In this document: in pieces, positions 43,273-56,612 of the stretch
Position numbering within the stretch: position 1 is the first letter of the stretch
How the letters are laid out: each line of letters begins with the position of its first letter
Assembly (NCBI RefSeq): GCF_006345805.1
Contig: NC_043026.1
Span: 2,728,001-2,792,000, forward strand
Source of the DNA: Octopus sinensis
Taxonomy: Eukaryota
Direction: 5' to 3'
DNA length: 64,000 nucleotides
Notes under the pieces: generated by a model
What the model saw: only the letters and a program-made list of their open reading frames with translations
The model's database searches: none
Told to the model about the DNA's origin: nothing
Translations under genes and position numbers: made by a program

Positions 43273-43309
<37 letters not shown>

Positions 43310-43644
43310 TATATATATATGTATATATATCTGTATATATATATATATATATACAAAAATTAGTAAATAAATGGCACAACTAAGTACCGATATTTACTGG
43401 AAATAGCGAACGTAAAATGCACTAATCCAACCGTGGCCGTTGCCAGCCTCGCCTGGCACCTCTGCAGGTGGCACGTAAAAAGCACCCACTACACTCACGG
43501 AGTGGTTGGCGTTAGGAAGGGCATCCAGCCGTAGAAACATTGCCAGATAAGACTGGAGCCTGGTGCAGCCTTCTGGCTTCCCAGATCCCCGGTCGAACCA
43601 TCCAACCCATGCTAGCATGGAGAATGGACGTTAAACGATGATGA

Positions 43645-43750
<106 letters not shown>

Positions 43751-43776
43751 ATATATACGTATATATATACATATAT

Positions 43777-43828
43777 ATTTGTCAGTGAACAGGTCGCAGT
43801 CTTAAAGCGACGAAAAATTTTGACAAAT
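43777..43828 (+). ncRNA. Minimal type-I hammerhead ribozyme motif, G3:C8 core variant
   Basis: Helix I ATTTGTCA/TGACAAAT, core GTGAACA, helix II GTCGC/GCGAC, GAAA, palindromic AAATTT helix III. Confidence 0.6.
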
Positions 43829-43913
43829 TAAACTTTAATGTTGAAGTGAATCGAACGGCTTTTGTGTGTTTCTTAAATGGCTTACAAACACCTTCCATGC
43901 TGCAATTGTATAC

Positions 43914-43945
<32 letters not shown>

Positions 43946-44867
43946 GTATATATATGTATATATATATATAAATATATGTATATATATATATATATATAAA
44001 TATATATATATATACATACATACATACATATATATATATATAGATAGATAGATAGACAGACAGATAGATAGATAGATAGAGAGACAGACAGACAGACAGA
44101 TAAAATATAGATATATGCACACCCACACATTATACAATCTGCCTCTCACTCTGAAAGAGATGCTCTTCATTACCAACAGAAGTTGTGGGTCTCCGAACTC
44201 CCAAGTAACAGAAACTGTCTACTACTTCTAAGGATTTCCCGTGACATTTGAGGGAGTCTACTTCTACTAATCCCTAGTGTTTATTGTCCCCTGCACATCA
44301 GCCACATGTAAAGAATACTTTCTCTGATAGTCATCCAGTGATACTGCTGCACCCTTTATGTGTCCATAGCTTGCACTGGGTACACCTTAGGGAGTTTCCC
44401 CTGACCCCTTTTCTACATATTGAGCATGGCCATCCCCTCCACCACCACTGGACAGTCATTGTACTTCCTACTTGAGCAACCAACCTTTGTCTGCTTTTCA
44501 TGGGCGTTTGCCAGTATTCTTTTCATGCTGGGTGCACAACTCATGGAGACCCTTAGGTTGTGCCTATTCAACAAATGCCTGTACCTGTGTGCCTGTGTGC
44601 CTGCATGAACCTGAAGAATATTCTTCCCGTGCAAGTCTTAACGCTGTGAGAAAGGTGGGGCAAATCAAACAACCTTCCGATGGTGCTTCCCTTTGTGGGT
44701 GCTAGGGCCTGGAATATAGGACATGTAGTCCTTAAACTGACTCGATGCCTGTGCCCTGTTGTAATGGAGGGATGTGACATTGAAAATCATTGATCTTACT
44801 TCGTATATATTTTGCTCTTCAGATCAATCTTGGATTGAACAGGCAGCATTTGGGGTTATAATATAAT

Positions 44868-45063
44868 ATAATGAAATTATTGTATACAGTGCTCAGGTGC
44901 ACCACAACTTGTCAGAGTATATGCAGTTATGTACAAATGTCTGGAAAGCGAACAATGTATGAGTCAGATACATGCTTGCGTGTATATGGAGGGGAGAAAA
45001 TCAGGTGTAGTGTTGGCGAATCTCAGGAAGCATGGAAGTTTTGAAGGATGCAGTGCTCCGACA
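44868..45063 (-). mobile_element. Short 3' UTR copy of the same CR1-type LINE
   Basis: Matches 28705-28912. Confidence 0.75.
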
Positions 45064-45289
45064 ATAATAATAACAACCCTCCCTTTCCTATTTTATATCC
45101 TTCATATGTCCTTCTCTTTTACTTTCTTCTCTCTTTCCCTGTCCCCTTTTAAATGCCAACTTTAACATTTCCCTTCTTTTATATAAACATATATTATGTA
45201 TGTGTGTGTGTTATATATTTTGTATATGTATATTATGTATGTGTATATATGTATATACTTTTATTCTTGTACTTGTTCCACTCATAAAA

Positions 45290-45820
45290 AAATAATGAAA
45301 TTATTGTATACAGTGCTCAGGTGCACCACAACTTGTCAGAAAGTACGTATAAAGTACATGCAGTAATGTACAAATGTCTGGGAAGTGAACAGTGTATGAG
45401 TCAGATACATGCTTGTGTGTGTATGGAGGGGAGAAAATCAGGTGTAGTGTTGGCGAATCTCAAGAAGCATGGAAGTTTTGAAGGATGCAGTGCTCCAACA
45501 ACTAGCAACTGATGCCGGCAGTTTGTTCCATGCTTCAGCAACGCTCAGTGTGAAAAAATGTTTCCTAAAGTCATGGGAGCTGTGCTGGTTTCTGACTTTG
45601 TAAACATGTCCACAGGTGTTAGACGGGTGGAGTTTGAAAAGGTGCTCAGAGTTATTGTTTGTAAGATGGTTGATAATTTTATGGGTGTCTGCCAAGTCAG
45701 CTGCCAGACGTCGGAGTTTCAATGTGTCCATGCCCAGGGAAGTAAGGCGTTCAGGATATGGCAAATGCCTGATGGAGGGTATTCTTTTGGCTGCACGTTG
45801 CTGAACAGCTTCCAGATGAT
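45290..45820 (-). mobile_element. CR1/Jockey-group LINE 3' fragment (same family as 28698-29318)
   Basis: Highly similar sequence to 28705-29230. Confidence 0.85.
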
Positions 45821-46691
45821 TGTTAGAATCCAAGTTTTGTTTATGGTCTTTGATTGTTACGAAGCCATTCCTCTTGGCTAACATTTCTACCCTAGGCAAC
45901 TGGCTAACTGTTTGGCTCCCTCTTGACATTGTTGCATGTGTGTGGGGAAGCATGCCTATACGTCTCTGTTATGCAGTCATTTGAAAGCCCATCATATGTG
46001 TGTGTGTCTATCCTGTATAGGTTTTTAGACGGAGAAGAGTAAGAAGCTGTTGGAGCTTTCTAGTTGTACGTCAGTACAGAGTTTGCATTGAAAAGAGGAA
46101 AGAGGACTTATGGAATCTTAGCTTGGGAGTGATGTCCAGTAGGTCTATTTCGAAGGCCTTGAATTCTTTGAATCTGGTTGGGAACCGTATGTGTTGGCCT
46201 CAGAGGATGGCATGGCTTCGTCATAGAAATAAGCCTTCAATCTCATCTGCCTTATGAAGTCAGTCAATTTTTTCTAGCAGCATTTTCATGTAGACCTCAT
46301 TGGACGGTGCTGGAATATGTTTTGTTGAATAATTGAAGCCGTAAAGTTCCATGTTATCCAAGAGATGGCCACTTTCATGAATATCTAGGTTTGGTGACCT
46401 TTATTAGACACCCTGCATCCAGGCCACAAGTCGATTGTCAGTGGATCATATATCCAAAAAAAAAAAAGCAAGCATACTCTAAAGAATAGAACAGTAATAT
46501 ATTATATGAAGTTAAATATATGTCTGGACATGGTTTTGCCCCCACAAAGGACTAAGCTTTAGCGACAGCTCACCAGGGCTCCATGCAGATATGCATAGAC
46601 ACACACACACACAAACACACATACACATACATATATATATACACACATACATACATACAAACATACATATACAAACACACACACATTTATG

Positions 46692-46742
<51 letters not shown>

Positions 46743-46961
46743 GTTTCCGTCTACCAAATCCACTTACACGGCTTTGGTCAGCCCGAGGCTATAGTAGAAG
46801 ATACTTGCCCAAGGTGCCATGCAGCGGGACTGAACCCGGAACGATATGGTTGGGAAGTAAGCTTCTTGTCACACATACATATGCATGCATGCATACACAC
46901 ATATACACGCAAACACACACATGCATACATACATATGAATATGCGTATATATGTAAATACA

Positions 46962-47009
<48 letters not shown>

Positions 47010-47071
47010 TACACACATATATATATACATATATATATATACATAATATATATATACATATATATATATAT

Positions 47072-47144
<73 letters not shown>

Positions 47145-47161
47145 TATATAGATAGATATAG

Positions 47162-47212
<51 letters not shown>

Positions 47213-47245
47213 TAGATATAGATATATATATACATATATATACGT

Positions 47246-47319
<74 letters not shown>

Positions 47320-47384
47320 TATACATATATATACGTATATACACATATTTATACATACAAAAACACATGCAGATAGATAGATAG

Positions 47385-47560
47385 AGGCATCTACACGTTG
47401 CTACTACCATGACGGCGGCGACGACGGCGAGAGAGAGAAACTCCGTCCTCAGCCCCTCACGTCATTTCATATTGCACAACCAACATGGCCGAACGGACCT
47501 CTCCCGTGAGTAAATTCCCTGCCTACTTTGCAGCCCTCTGGCCGTGTCCCGAGGGCGCTG
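47385..47560 (+). promoter_or_regulatory. CpG-rich promoter/5'UTR island of GCN1
   Basis: Unique CpG-dense sequence between microsatellites. Contains TCACGTCAT (ATF/CRE/UPRE-like), ATTGCACAAC (C/EBP-like) and CAACATGGCCG (YY1-like, overlapping the ATG). Confidence 0.6.
47485..47505 (+). CDS. GCN1: GCN1 coding exon 1 (MAERTSP), phase-0 donor
   Basis: CAAC-ATG-G start in a small CpG-rich island, followed by a GTGAGT donor at 47506. Joins exon 2 in frame. Too short for homology on its own, so assigned by frame and position. Confidence 0.75.
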
Positions 47561-47774
47561 AACCTACTTCGAAGTTGACAGCATACATCTAGGAACACTC
47601 AGCTTTTCATCGGTGTATATATGTCTGTGGAATCTCTCTTATTTCTTGCACACATTCCCCATATTTGTAGCTTCTTCGACGAAATTTCTCGCTTCACCTC
47701 TGCACCTTTCTTCTTCTTCTTACCCAGAATTGCTTTCAGTTTCCTATCAACCCTTCATATTCGCCTCCCTGTAT

Positions 47775-47842
<68 letters not shown>

Positions 47843-47901
47843 CACATATATATATATATATTATATATATACATATCTCTATATATATACATGTATGTAT
47901 G

Positions 47902-47950
<49 letters not shown>

Positions 47951-48796
47951 TTTATGTATATATATATATGTAATGTACGTATAGGAAATGTGTGTTTGTC
48001 ATGTTCTGTTGATGTGTGTAAATTTACGTCGCTTCCTCTACGTGTACATGTATGTATATTAATGTGTGAATATGCATCTATATTTTTGTGAGCATATATG
48101 TGTGTATGTATATATTTCCGTGTGTGTATATATATATATATACACATATATATATATACATACACATATATATATTTATATACATATACACCTACACATG
48201 CGTACGCGCACGTGTGTATGTACGCATATGTGTATGTATATATATATATATATGTTTTCACACAGACACGCATATGTGTGGATTTAGCTAACTGTTGTGT
48301 GTGTATCTGTCCAGATATAACATGTCCCTTACATTTTACGTATGTACGTATGTATATATTGTTTGTATGTTATCATTTAACGTCTGTTTTCTACGTTGGT
48401 TTAGGGTACACGGTTTAACAGTATCCCACGAGCCTCGGGGCTGCGTCGTAATCTGAACCCATCTACCCACGCACCGTTCTGCTCCTTTTTTGTTTTGTTT
48501 TTTCTTCTATCCTCTCCATCTTTGCAGCCACTATTCTTCTCCGTCCCTCAATATCATAGCCCTTCATTTCTAAGTGTAGAGGTTTTGTATTGCGATTTAC
48601 GTGGCGCCCCGGGCTGGTGCTGACACCACGGAAGTCAGCACTTAGCACTTTCTCTAAAGTGGTTGGCATTAGGAACGGCATCGGGCTGTATAAACCATGC
48701 AGCAAGCGGGCAGTGGAGCCTAGTCCCGTCCCTCTTCATCGTCGCTGCCTTTTGAATCATTCAGTCCAGGTCAGCTTGGGAAACATGTCAAACACT

Positions 48797-49162
48797 CTTT
48801 TACTTGTTCCAGTCATTTGACTGCGGCCATGCTGGAGCACCGCCTTTAGTCGAGCAAATCGACCCCGGGACTTATTCTTTGTAAGCCCAGTACTTATTCT
48901 ATCGGTCTCTTTTGCCGAACCGCTAAGTGACAGGGACGTGAACACACCAGCATCGGTTGTCAAGCAATGCTAGGGGGACAAACACAGACACACAAACACA
49001 CATACACATATATATATATACATATATACGACAGGCTTCTTTCAGTTTCCGTCTACCAAATCCACTCACGGGGCTATAGCAGAAGACAGTTGCCCAAGAT
49101 GCCACGCAGTGGGACTGAACCCGGAACCATGTGGTCCGTAAGCAAGCTACTTACCACACAGC
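48797..49162 (-). mobile_element. SINE family A with 13-bp target-site duplication
   Basis: CATGTCAAACACT at 48784-48796 and 49163-49175 flanks the copy. Confidence 0.9.
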
Positions 49163-49619
49163 CATGTCAAACACTGGTGACTCTTATATGTAAGTGTATG
49201 TGTGTGTGTATGAAGGTAGTCTGCTCTGAAACAAAACTTGACCACTTCAAGCACAAATATAGCATTAGTTCCTCAAGGGAGAACAAAAGAGCAGTGATCT
49301 GGGAGATGATTAATGGTGAACCGGTTCACCATTACCATCTCTCAAGTTTGCTGAATCTTTTTTTCAGTGGGGGAGGTTGCCGGACATCCTGCTTCTTCTT
49401 AATGCGTCATGCTAATCCGGCCACTTTCAAACTTCTCAAATCCACTCATACCCCATTTGATAACTGGTACTGGTGTGTTTACATCTCTGTAACTTAGTAA
49501 TTCATCAAAAGGGACTGACAGAATAATTATCATCATCATTTAGCGTCCGCCTTCCATGATGGCATCAGTTGGATGATTTGAGTGGAGCCTGCACCAAACT
49601 TCTGCGTCTGTTTTGGCCA

Positions 49620-50030
49620 GTTCACCTCTTCCATCTTGCTGAATCTTCTCATCAATGGAGGAGGTTGACAGGTGCCCTGCTCCCTCTTTATTCATCACAC
49701 TCCGGCCACTCTCAAACTTCTCGAATCCACTCATACACCTTTCTACGCAGCAGTGCACTGTCCCCCATATTGTGCTAAAAGCCTCCGATGAATTCCAGCA
49801 CCTGACACACCTTTCGACCAGAGAAGTCGGATCACTGCTCTTTGTTCTCCTACGGTGCACATTGCTAGGGGAGCGACCATTCTCACACTGTAAAGCCAGA
49901 AAGGAAAATGGTGTGACGAGGGTCAAACTTTGATCATGTGACCACAACAGCACCAACTATAAGCATCATGCACAGAAGGCACTGTGACTATAATAAGGAC
50001 ATGGCAAAAGTGTGGATAATTTTTGACATC
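49620..50030 (-). mobile_element. Mariner-like 5' fragment (HTH region)
   Basis: FEKFESGRSVMNKEGAGHLSTSSIDEK resembles the mariner F..GR.S..D..R.GRP motif; related piece at about 49260-49450. Confidence 0.5.
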
Positions 50031-50444
50031 CCCATACTCTCTTTTACTCTTTTTTGGTAAGCAAGCTACTTACCACACAGCCACTCCTGTAAAAATGAAT
50101 GCTTATTTTACTATAAGTATTGTAAAAAAATCCTGTCAACAATACAATAACATCCTTTCCAATATAGTATATATGTATGTATCCAATTGTGTGAGTGTGT
50201 GTGTATACACATGTATATACATAGGCATTTGTGTATATCATCATTTAACCCCATAAACATCGGTTGATGTAAATTTATGTGTGCTGTGTCCTCGCTTTAA
50301 ATCAGATCACAAAAATATACGCAGCCCTATCTGTTGTGGTTTTCCACCTGTTTGGGTACCGGTTGATTTAAATATCCGTTATCACTCACAGAATCGGTAA
50401 GAGAGGCCACCGTGCAAGCTCCAAGGAATCCGATAGGTTTTTTT

Positions 50445-50826
50445 TCTTTTACTTGTTTCAGTCATTTTACTGCGGCCATGCTGGAGCACCGCCTTTAGTC
50501 GAGCAAATCGACCCCAGGACTTATTCTTTGTAAGCCTAGTACTTATTCTATCGGTCTCTTTTGCCGAACCGCTAAGTTACGGGGACATGAACACACCAGC
50601 ATCGGTTGTCAAGCAATGTTGGGGGGATAGACACTGACACACAAACACACACATATATATATATACATATACACGACAGGCTTCTTTCAGTTTCCGTCTA
50701 CCAAATCCACTCAGAAGGCTTTGGTCAACCCGAGGCTATAGTAGAAGACACTTGCCCAAGGTGCCATGCAGTGGGACTGAACTTGGAACCATGTGGTTGG
50801 TAAGCAAGCTACTTACCACACAGCCA
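50445..50826 (-). mobile_element. SINE family A (GCN1 intron 1)
   Basis: Family identity. Confidence 0.85.
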
Positions 50827-52187
50827 GGTTTGTTAGACTCTTCATGCAAACATTTCCAACTCAGTTGAAGACTTCTTCACCATGGTAGCATAGAAGCAAC
50901 AGCTTTGGCGCTTACACCACCATTTCCATTATGACGTCCTGTCAAATTCCTTCACGCTCAGCAAATTCTTCTGCTCCTTCATGGAATTTCCAGTCGTATC
51001 CATTTACAATTGTTTCATTGTATTTACGGTCCTCACAAGGATGACAGTTTGCATAAATAAACAGTGCAAGCTTTGAAGCGATTGACATAGATATTTGCCC
51101 AACTGTTGTTGAGCACTAATTGTTGATTTCAGCCACGATGATTACTGTCAGTGCTAATTTATTGCCAGATAAAAATCCGTTGTCTTGGCCGTAACATCTG
51201 TTTTTCATGTTGACATAGGTTGGACAGTTTGACAGGAGCTGGCCAGGCAGAGACTGTACCAGGCTTCACTGTTTGTTTTGGCAGAGTTTTTACTGCAGGA
51301 GGCCCTTCCTAACACCATCCTGCTCCACTGAGTGCTCTTTATGTGGCACCAGCATTGGCAGGGGTCAAGATCCTTTGAGGGTGGAGGTGGCTTTGTGCCA
51401 GGGGATGGAAGCTTAGATCGTGACAGGAGGACAAAAACAGGTGTGTTGCTGAAGAGGAGATACATGGTTACCTAGTCAGAGAGAGAGAGAGAGTGGTCAA
51501 GAAGGAGGACAGAAACAGGTGTACCGTTGTAGATCCAGTTACCCAGCCAGAGGTACATATATGTGTGTGTGTGTGTATCTTTGCGTCTCTGTTTGTTGCC
51601 CACCATCGTTTGACAACCAATGTTTGTCTGTTTGTGTCCCCATAGCAGTTTGGTAAAAGAGACCAAAGAGTAAATCTTGGGATCAATTTCTTTGACTAAA
51701 AAACCCCTTTAAGGTGTTGCTCCAGCATGGCCACAATCAGATGACTGAAACAAGTAAAAGAAATGAAAGAGAGTTCCATAGAGAACCCAAACTTCTAGTC
51801 TCTAAACATGGGTATTGTACAAAGTGTTGGCATGCTTTTGGCAGAGAAATGGGTAATTAGAGTTAATTGAGATAGTCAGAGTGTGTGTGATAAGATAATT
51901 AAGCTTAGTCTTGGAAAATGTAATGGTGGCATTTCTGCAGAAGCTCCTTGGTCAGTTTGGCAGATGAACAAAAGGACCAGTTTTACACAGCCCTTTTCAA
52001 GATTTCCTTGATGCTGGATAACGAAGATGTTGTTATTGCAGCTGGTGACTTCAACGGTCATGTTGGACAGCATCCGAATGGCTTCCGTCATGCACTGGAA
52101 GCTATGTTTTGGTCCCAGAAACGGAGGAGGAACAAAGCTCTTGGGAGTTTTAGGATGTAAATCTCTTGATCTGCAACATTAGCTTCA

Positions 52188-52706
52188 ATCATCATCATCA
52201 TTGTTTGACCGTGGTCGAGACAATCGAATTTACTGTGTTACACCAGACTTCACGGTTCATCATGGCATTATGGAGGTCCTGTTGCTGGATGCCTGTATCC
52301 CTGGAGATTACATCAGGGTAGGAGAGTGTGCACCCTCTGGTATTGCGAGTAGATAGCTTCCAGAGGAGAAGAGTAGAAATTGCCTCGTTTTCAGCTCTAC
52401 AACAATGTCCAGCAAACTGGACTCTCCTACCTTTCACAAGAGATGACACAGGTGGTAGTTTCCCATATATTTGCATTTTGGTTGGATGACGCTTCCACGA
52501 GAGATTTTGAGCTCTCATAAGAAGGCGAGTGTAAGTTCCATCCAACTGCCTCTCAAGCTTCTTTGATAACGTCCAGGTTTCTGAGCCATATAGTAGAATT
52601 GGTTCAACTGTGGCTTTGAAGATTTCAAGTTTGAAGTCTCTACTTAGATTTGATGACCAGATCTTATGCATGTCATTACAGGCTGACCAGGCCATACCCT
52701 TTCTAG
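52188..52706 (-). mobile_element. RTE-clade LINE 3' fragment with (TGA)n tail nested in another LINE
   Basis: AWSACNDMHKIWSS...FKATVEPILLYGSETWTL; apparent TTAGCTTC target-site duplication; second copy at 37275-37485. Confidence 0.8.
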
Positions 52707-53249
52707 TTAGCTTCTAGAAACCAGCCAGTCACCTGATTGCCTGCCAGTCTGTTGGGCACACAGTCCAGATTGATTACACTGTCACCAGAAAGTGGGATGT
52801 GATGCGCTTCCTGGGTGAACAATGTTCAACCTTACATAGGTTAGTAGTTAGTGACTTCGAAGTTTGGGGAAAGGAAGATTTGGAAGCTTGAGGGGTCAGT
52901 GACCAGTCCTGAATTTATAAAAAATACTTGTTGAAGGATTTGATGGAAAGGAAGAAGAGATAAAGATAAAAATCATAGAGTTCCTTCAGGGACAACCTAC
53001 CAAAGGGTACAGGTGAAATCTGGAGCTGGTACAGGTTCCAACCAAACGGAAGATGAGAAGGTGATGAAACAGTGAGGTTGACAGGGAAGAGACAAGTTTG
53101 GAAATAGTGAAAGAATGCAGGGCTGTGAAGTCAAAACAAAAAACTTTGACTCCTTTTTATGTAATCAAGTGAGTGTGGTCTGCATATCTCATAAAGCATA
53201 TGCATACACTTGGACTTTGAGTCGGCCTGTATCTTATAACAGCTTTATT

Positions 53250-53477
53250 TTAACCCTTTTGTTACTGTATTTATTTTGAGATGATCTGTGTTTCTTTCAA
53301 TTACTTTAAATATAACAAAGAATTTAGTAAAATAACTTAGTTGTCATTAAGCTAGTGTTAGGAACATAAATTGTGACTAAGGTTTGGTGGAAGATTTTAA
53401 TTTAAAACTAATGCAAACAAGACATTTGTACTCAGAACCAGAGGTGGTTTCAGCCGGGTTGGTCATGAAAGGGTTAA
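53250..53477. mobile_element. piggyBac-type MITE (~230 bp)
   Basis: TTAA-CCCTTT...AAAGGG-TTAA termini. Confidence 0.75.
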
Positions 53478-54624
53478 AGAATAAAGACATTGTGAGTCGG
53501 AGTGAGTATGGTTTTACTGACTCCAGCTACCCCTTAGTTGTTTTCGACTCTGACTCCACAGCTTTGGAAGAATGAAGGCGGGAGATATAGAAAGACGCTA
53601 GAAGAGATCATAGTTTGATCCGTTATGATGCTGAAAGGAAGCTGTTTACCAATGTAGCAGAGAAAACCGAGCTGTGATGAGAAGAAAGAATAATGGTTTT
53701 GAAAAGAAAGAGGCATCAAAATGTTACTGTGAGCATGAGATGAGAATCTTCCTGATGTGGACCCAGCAGAAGGAGCTACTGTCCTAGTTGGCAGCAGCAT
53801 GATGGATAAAGTCATTAGGGATACGAAGACAAAGCCATTGCCCCCCCTCCCAGGAATTAGTTCTGTGGTGCTTAAAATATTTGGTAGAACAGGATAGAAA
53901 CTAGTGACTCATAGAGTTGATCAGGCTTTACAGGAAGGTGTCATCCGCAGCGACAGGTGTAAGAGCATTAGAGTCAACTGTTACAAGGGTAAAGGAGATA
54001 CCTTCGAGAGCAATAGTATAAAGGTACCAAATTAGAGAAAGGGGTTTCTAGCCTGAATAATTTGGAAGAGAGTTGGCGTAGATGAGAAACGCTTTGGTTT
54101 TCTGCAGCACTACAGATGCCATCTTCCATGTGAGACAACTGGGAGAAGTATTTGACCCTTTCATTACCAACACAGCTGAAAAATTTGGGGGCTTAAACAA
54201 CCCAACCTGGCTGAGCGAACCCATTGACATTTAAATGTGAGTTTCTGTGCAAATCTCGTTAGTACGTTCATGAAAACACATGATTTCACTTTGTAAATAG
54301 TCAAGTTAGAGTATCTGTCATTGTTTGATGTGATAGCCAAGCTCTGCAAATTTTGGGAGATTTTTTTTTCCACATACTTTCTTTGGTGAAAATTTTTCAA
54401 CTTTTAAAATGGATAAACTGTTTCATGCTGTGGAGCAGTGATTTGAATCTGAGGGCTTTTAGGCAAAAAATATGGAGAAATCAAGCAAATGTTAAGCTTG
54501 TAAGCTTGTTTGAAGTGATCTCTATGGAAACCAACTATTATGCAGAAAGTAAACAAACCAAGAAAAAAAGATAGTTTGTGGTTTACCTGTAATTAGAGTC
54601 ATTTTGAGACAAAAGTTGTGCAAT

Positions 54625-54970
54625 AGGCGCAGGAGTGGCTGTGTGGTAAGTAGCTTGTTTACCAGCCACATGGTTCCGGGTTCAGTCCCACTGCGTGGCA
54701 CCTTGGGCAAGTGTCTTCTACTGTAGCCTCGAGCCAACCAAAGCCTTGTGAGTGGATTTGGTAGACGGAAACTGAAAGAAGCCCGTCGTTTATATGTATG
54801 TGGGTGTATGTTTGTGTGTCTGTGTTTGCCCCCAACATCGCTTGACAACCGATGCTGGTGTGTTTATGTCCCCGTCACTTAGCGGTTCGGCGAAAGAGAC
54901 CGATAGAATAAGTACTGGGCTTACAAAGAATAAGTCCCGGGGTCGATTTGCTCGATTAAAGGCGGTGCTC
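54625..54970 (+). mobile_element. SINE family A (GCN1 intron 1)
   Basis: Family identity. Confidence 0.85.
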
Positions 54971-55230
54971 TCTTCCGTTAGCTCTTCTATAGGTCATAAC
55001 TAGTAATACTTCTCAGTATAGAAGTTACTTAGACAACCATACAGGAAGCAGACAGCATTAGGACATTCTCCATGCAGCTCTGAACGTGACAACAGCAGTC
55101 ATGTATCTATTGGTATAAACAATTCCTGCTTTGTGTGTGTGCGCTAGTGCCACGTAAAAAGCACTGAGTCCACTCTGCTGAGTGGTTGGTCTTAGGAAGG
55201 GCATCCAGCCATAAAAAACCCTGCCAAAAA

Positions 55231-56020
55231 CACTGTCACCATGGGTCACCATGATGAGTGCTTTTTACGTGTCACCATTACGAGTGCCTTTTACGTGTCA
55301 CCGTGATGGGTGCATTTTATGTGCCACTGTGACGCGTGCCTTTCATGCGCCACTGTCACAGGTGCCCTTTGTGGGTCACCATGATGAGTGCCTTTTACGT
55401 GTCACCGTGATGGGTGCATTTTATGTGCCACTGTGACTGGTGCCTTTTATGCCCCACTGTCACAGGTGCCCTTTGTGGGTCATCATGATGAGTGCTTTTT
55501 ACGTGTCACCATCATGAGTGCCTTTTACGTGTCACCGTGATGGGTGCATTTTATGTGCCACTGTGATGGGTGCCTTTTATGCGCCACTGTCACAGGTGCC
55601 CTTTGTGGGTCATCATGATGAGTGCCTTTTACGTGTCACCGTGATGGGTGCATTTTATGTGCCACTGTGACTGGTGCCTTTTATGCCCCACTGTCACAGG
55701 TGCCCTTTGTGGGTCATCATGATGAGTGCTTTTTACGTGTCACCATCACGAGTGCTTTTTACTGTGACGCATGCCTTTTATGCGCCACTGTCACAGGTGC
55801 CCTTTGTGGGTCACCATGATGAGTGCCTTTTACGTGTCACCGTGATGGGTGCATTTTATGTGCCACTGTGATGGGTGCCTTTTATGCGCCACTGTCACAG
55901 GTGCCCTTTGTGGGTCATCATGATGAGTGCCTTTTACGTGTCACCGTGATGGGTGCATTTTATGTGCCACTGTGACGCATGCCTTTTACGCGCCACTGTC
56001 ACAGGTGATTTTTATGTGCA
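55231..56020. repeat. 26-bp minisatellite with ~104-bp higher-order unit
   Basis: Four recurring monomer types, e.g. tcaccatgatgagtgccttttacgtg, tcaccgtgatgggtgcattttatgtg, ccactgtgactggtgccttttatgcc and ccactgtcacaggtgccctttgtggg. Confidence 0.9.
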
Positions 56021-56229
56021 CAGTTATGGGTACATCATACAGAATTTCTGCCAGCACTGGTTTGTCCTGATCACTTCAAGTGGATGGAACTTGAGGAAGA
56101 CATGGGACGAAGTGTTTGAATGCTGATCCTGAGTTGTTCTACCTGTCTGGCTCCTGTCGACCGTCCTACCTATCCATGCTTGGAAGCTGGATGTTAAACA
56201 ATGCTGGTAGTGATGGTGATGGTGATATT

Positions 56230-56612
56230 GTGTGGTAAGTAGCTTGCTAACCAACCACATGGTTCCGGGTTCAGTCCCACTGTGTGGCATCTTGGGCAAG
56301 TGTTTTCTGCTATAGACCCGGGCCGACCAATGCCTTGTGAGTGGATTTGGTAGATGGAAACTGAAAGAAGCCCGTCTATATGTATATATATATATATATA
56401 TGTATGTGTTTGTGTGTCTGTGTTTGTCCCCCTAGCATTGCTTGACAACCGATGCTGGTGTGTTTACGTTCCTGTCACTTAGCGGTTCGGCAAAAGAGAC
56501 TGATAGAATAAGTACTGCACTTACAAAAAGAATAAGTCCTGGGGTCGATTTGCTCAACTAAAGGCGATGCTCCAGCATGGCCGCGGTCAAATGACTGAAA
56601 CAAGTAAAAGAG
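56230..56612 (+). mobile_element. SINE family A (GCN1 intron 1)
   Basis: Family identity. Confidence 0.85.

Larger units (their letters stand above)
44500..46450 (-). mobile_element. Penelope-like element relic, internally deleted and interrupted by CR1-type fragments
   Basis: From ATG at 46352: MELYGFNYSTKHIPAPSNEVYMKMLLEKLTDFIRQMRLKAYF. Also EMLAKRNGFVTIKDHKQN and HRYRHLLNRHNLRVSMSCAPSMKRIL, resembling Penelope-like N-terminal, pre-RT and pre-GIY-YIG linker motifs. Confidence 0.75.
51780..54150 (+). mobile_element. Highly degenerate APE-RT LINE with nested insertions
   Basis: EDVVIAAGDFNGHVG (APE motif) and downstream RT-proximal remnants; interrupted by an RTE fragment and a MITE. Confidence 0.6.

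Noticed and set aside
46517-46575. Possible minus-strand hammerhead upstream of the Penelope ORF (CTGGTGA...AAAAC-CAT-GTC)
   Set aside because: Two core mismatches and no helix I pairing, although the position is suggestive.
55231-56020. CRISPR-like periodic array
   Set aside because: No unique spacers, no cas genes, eukaryotic context.
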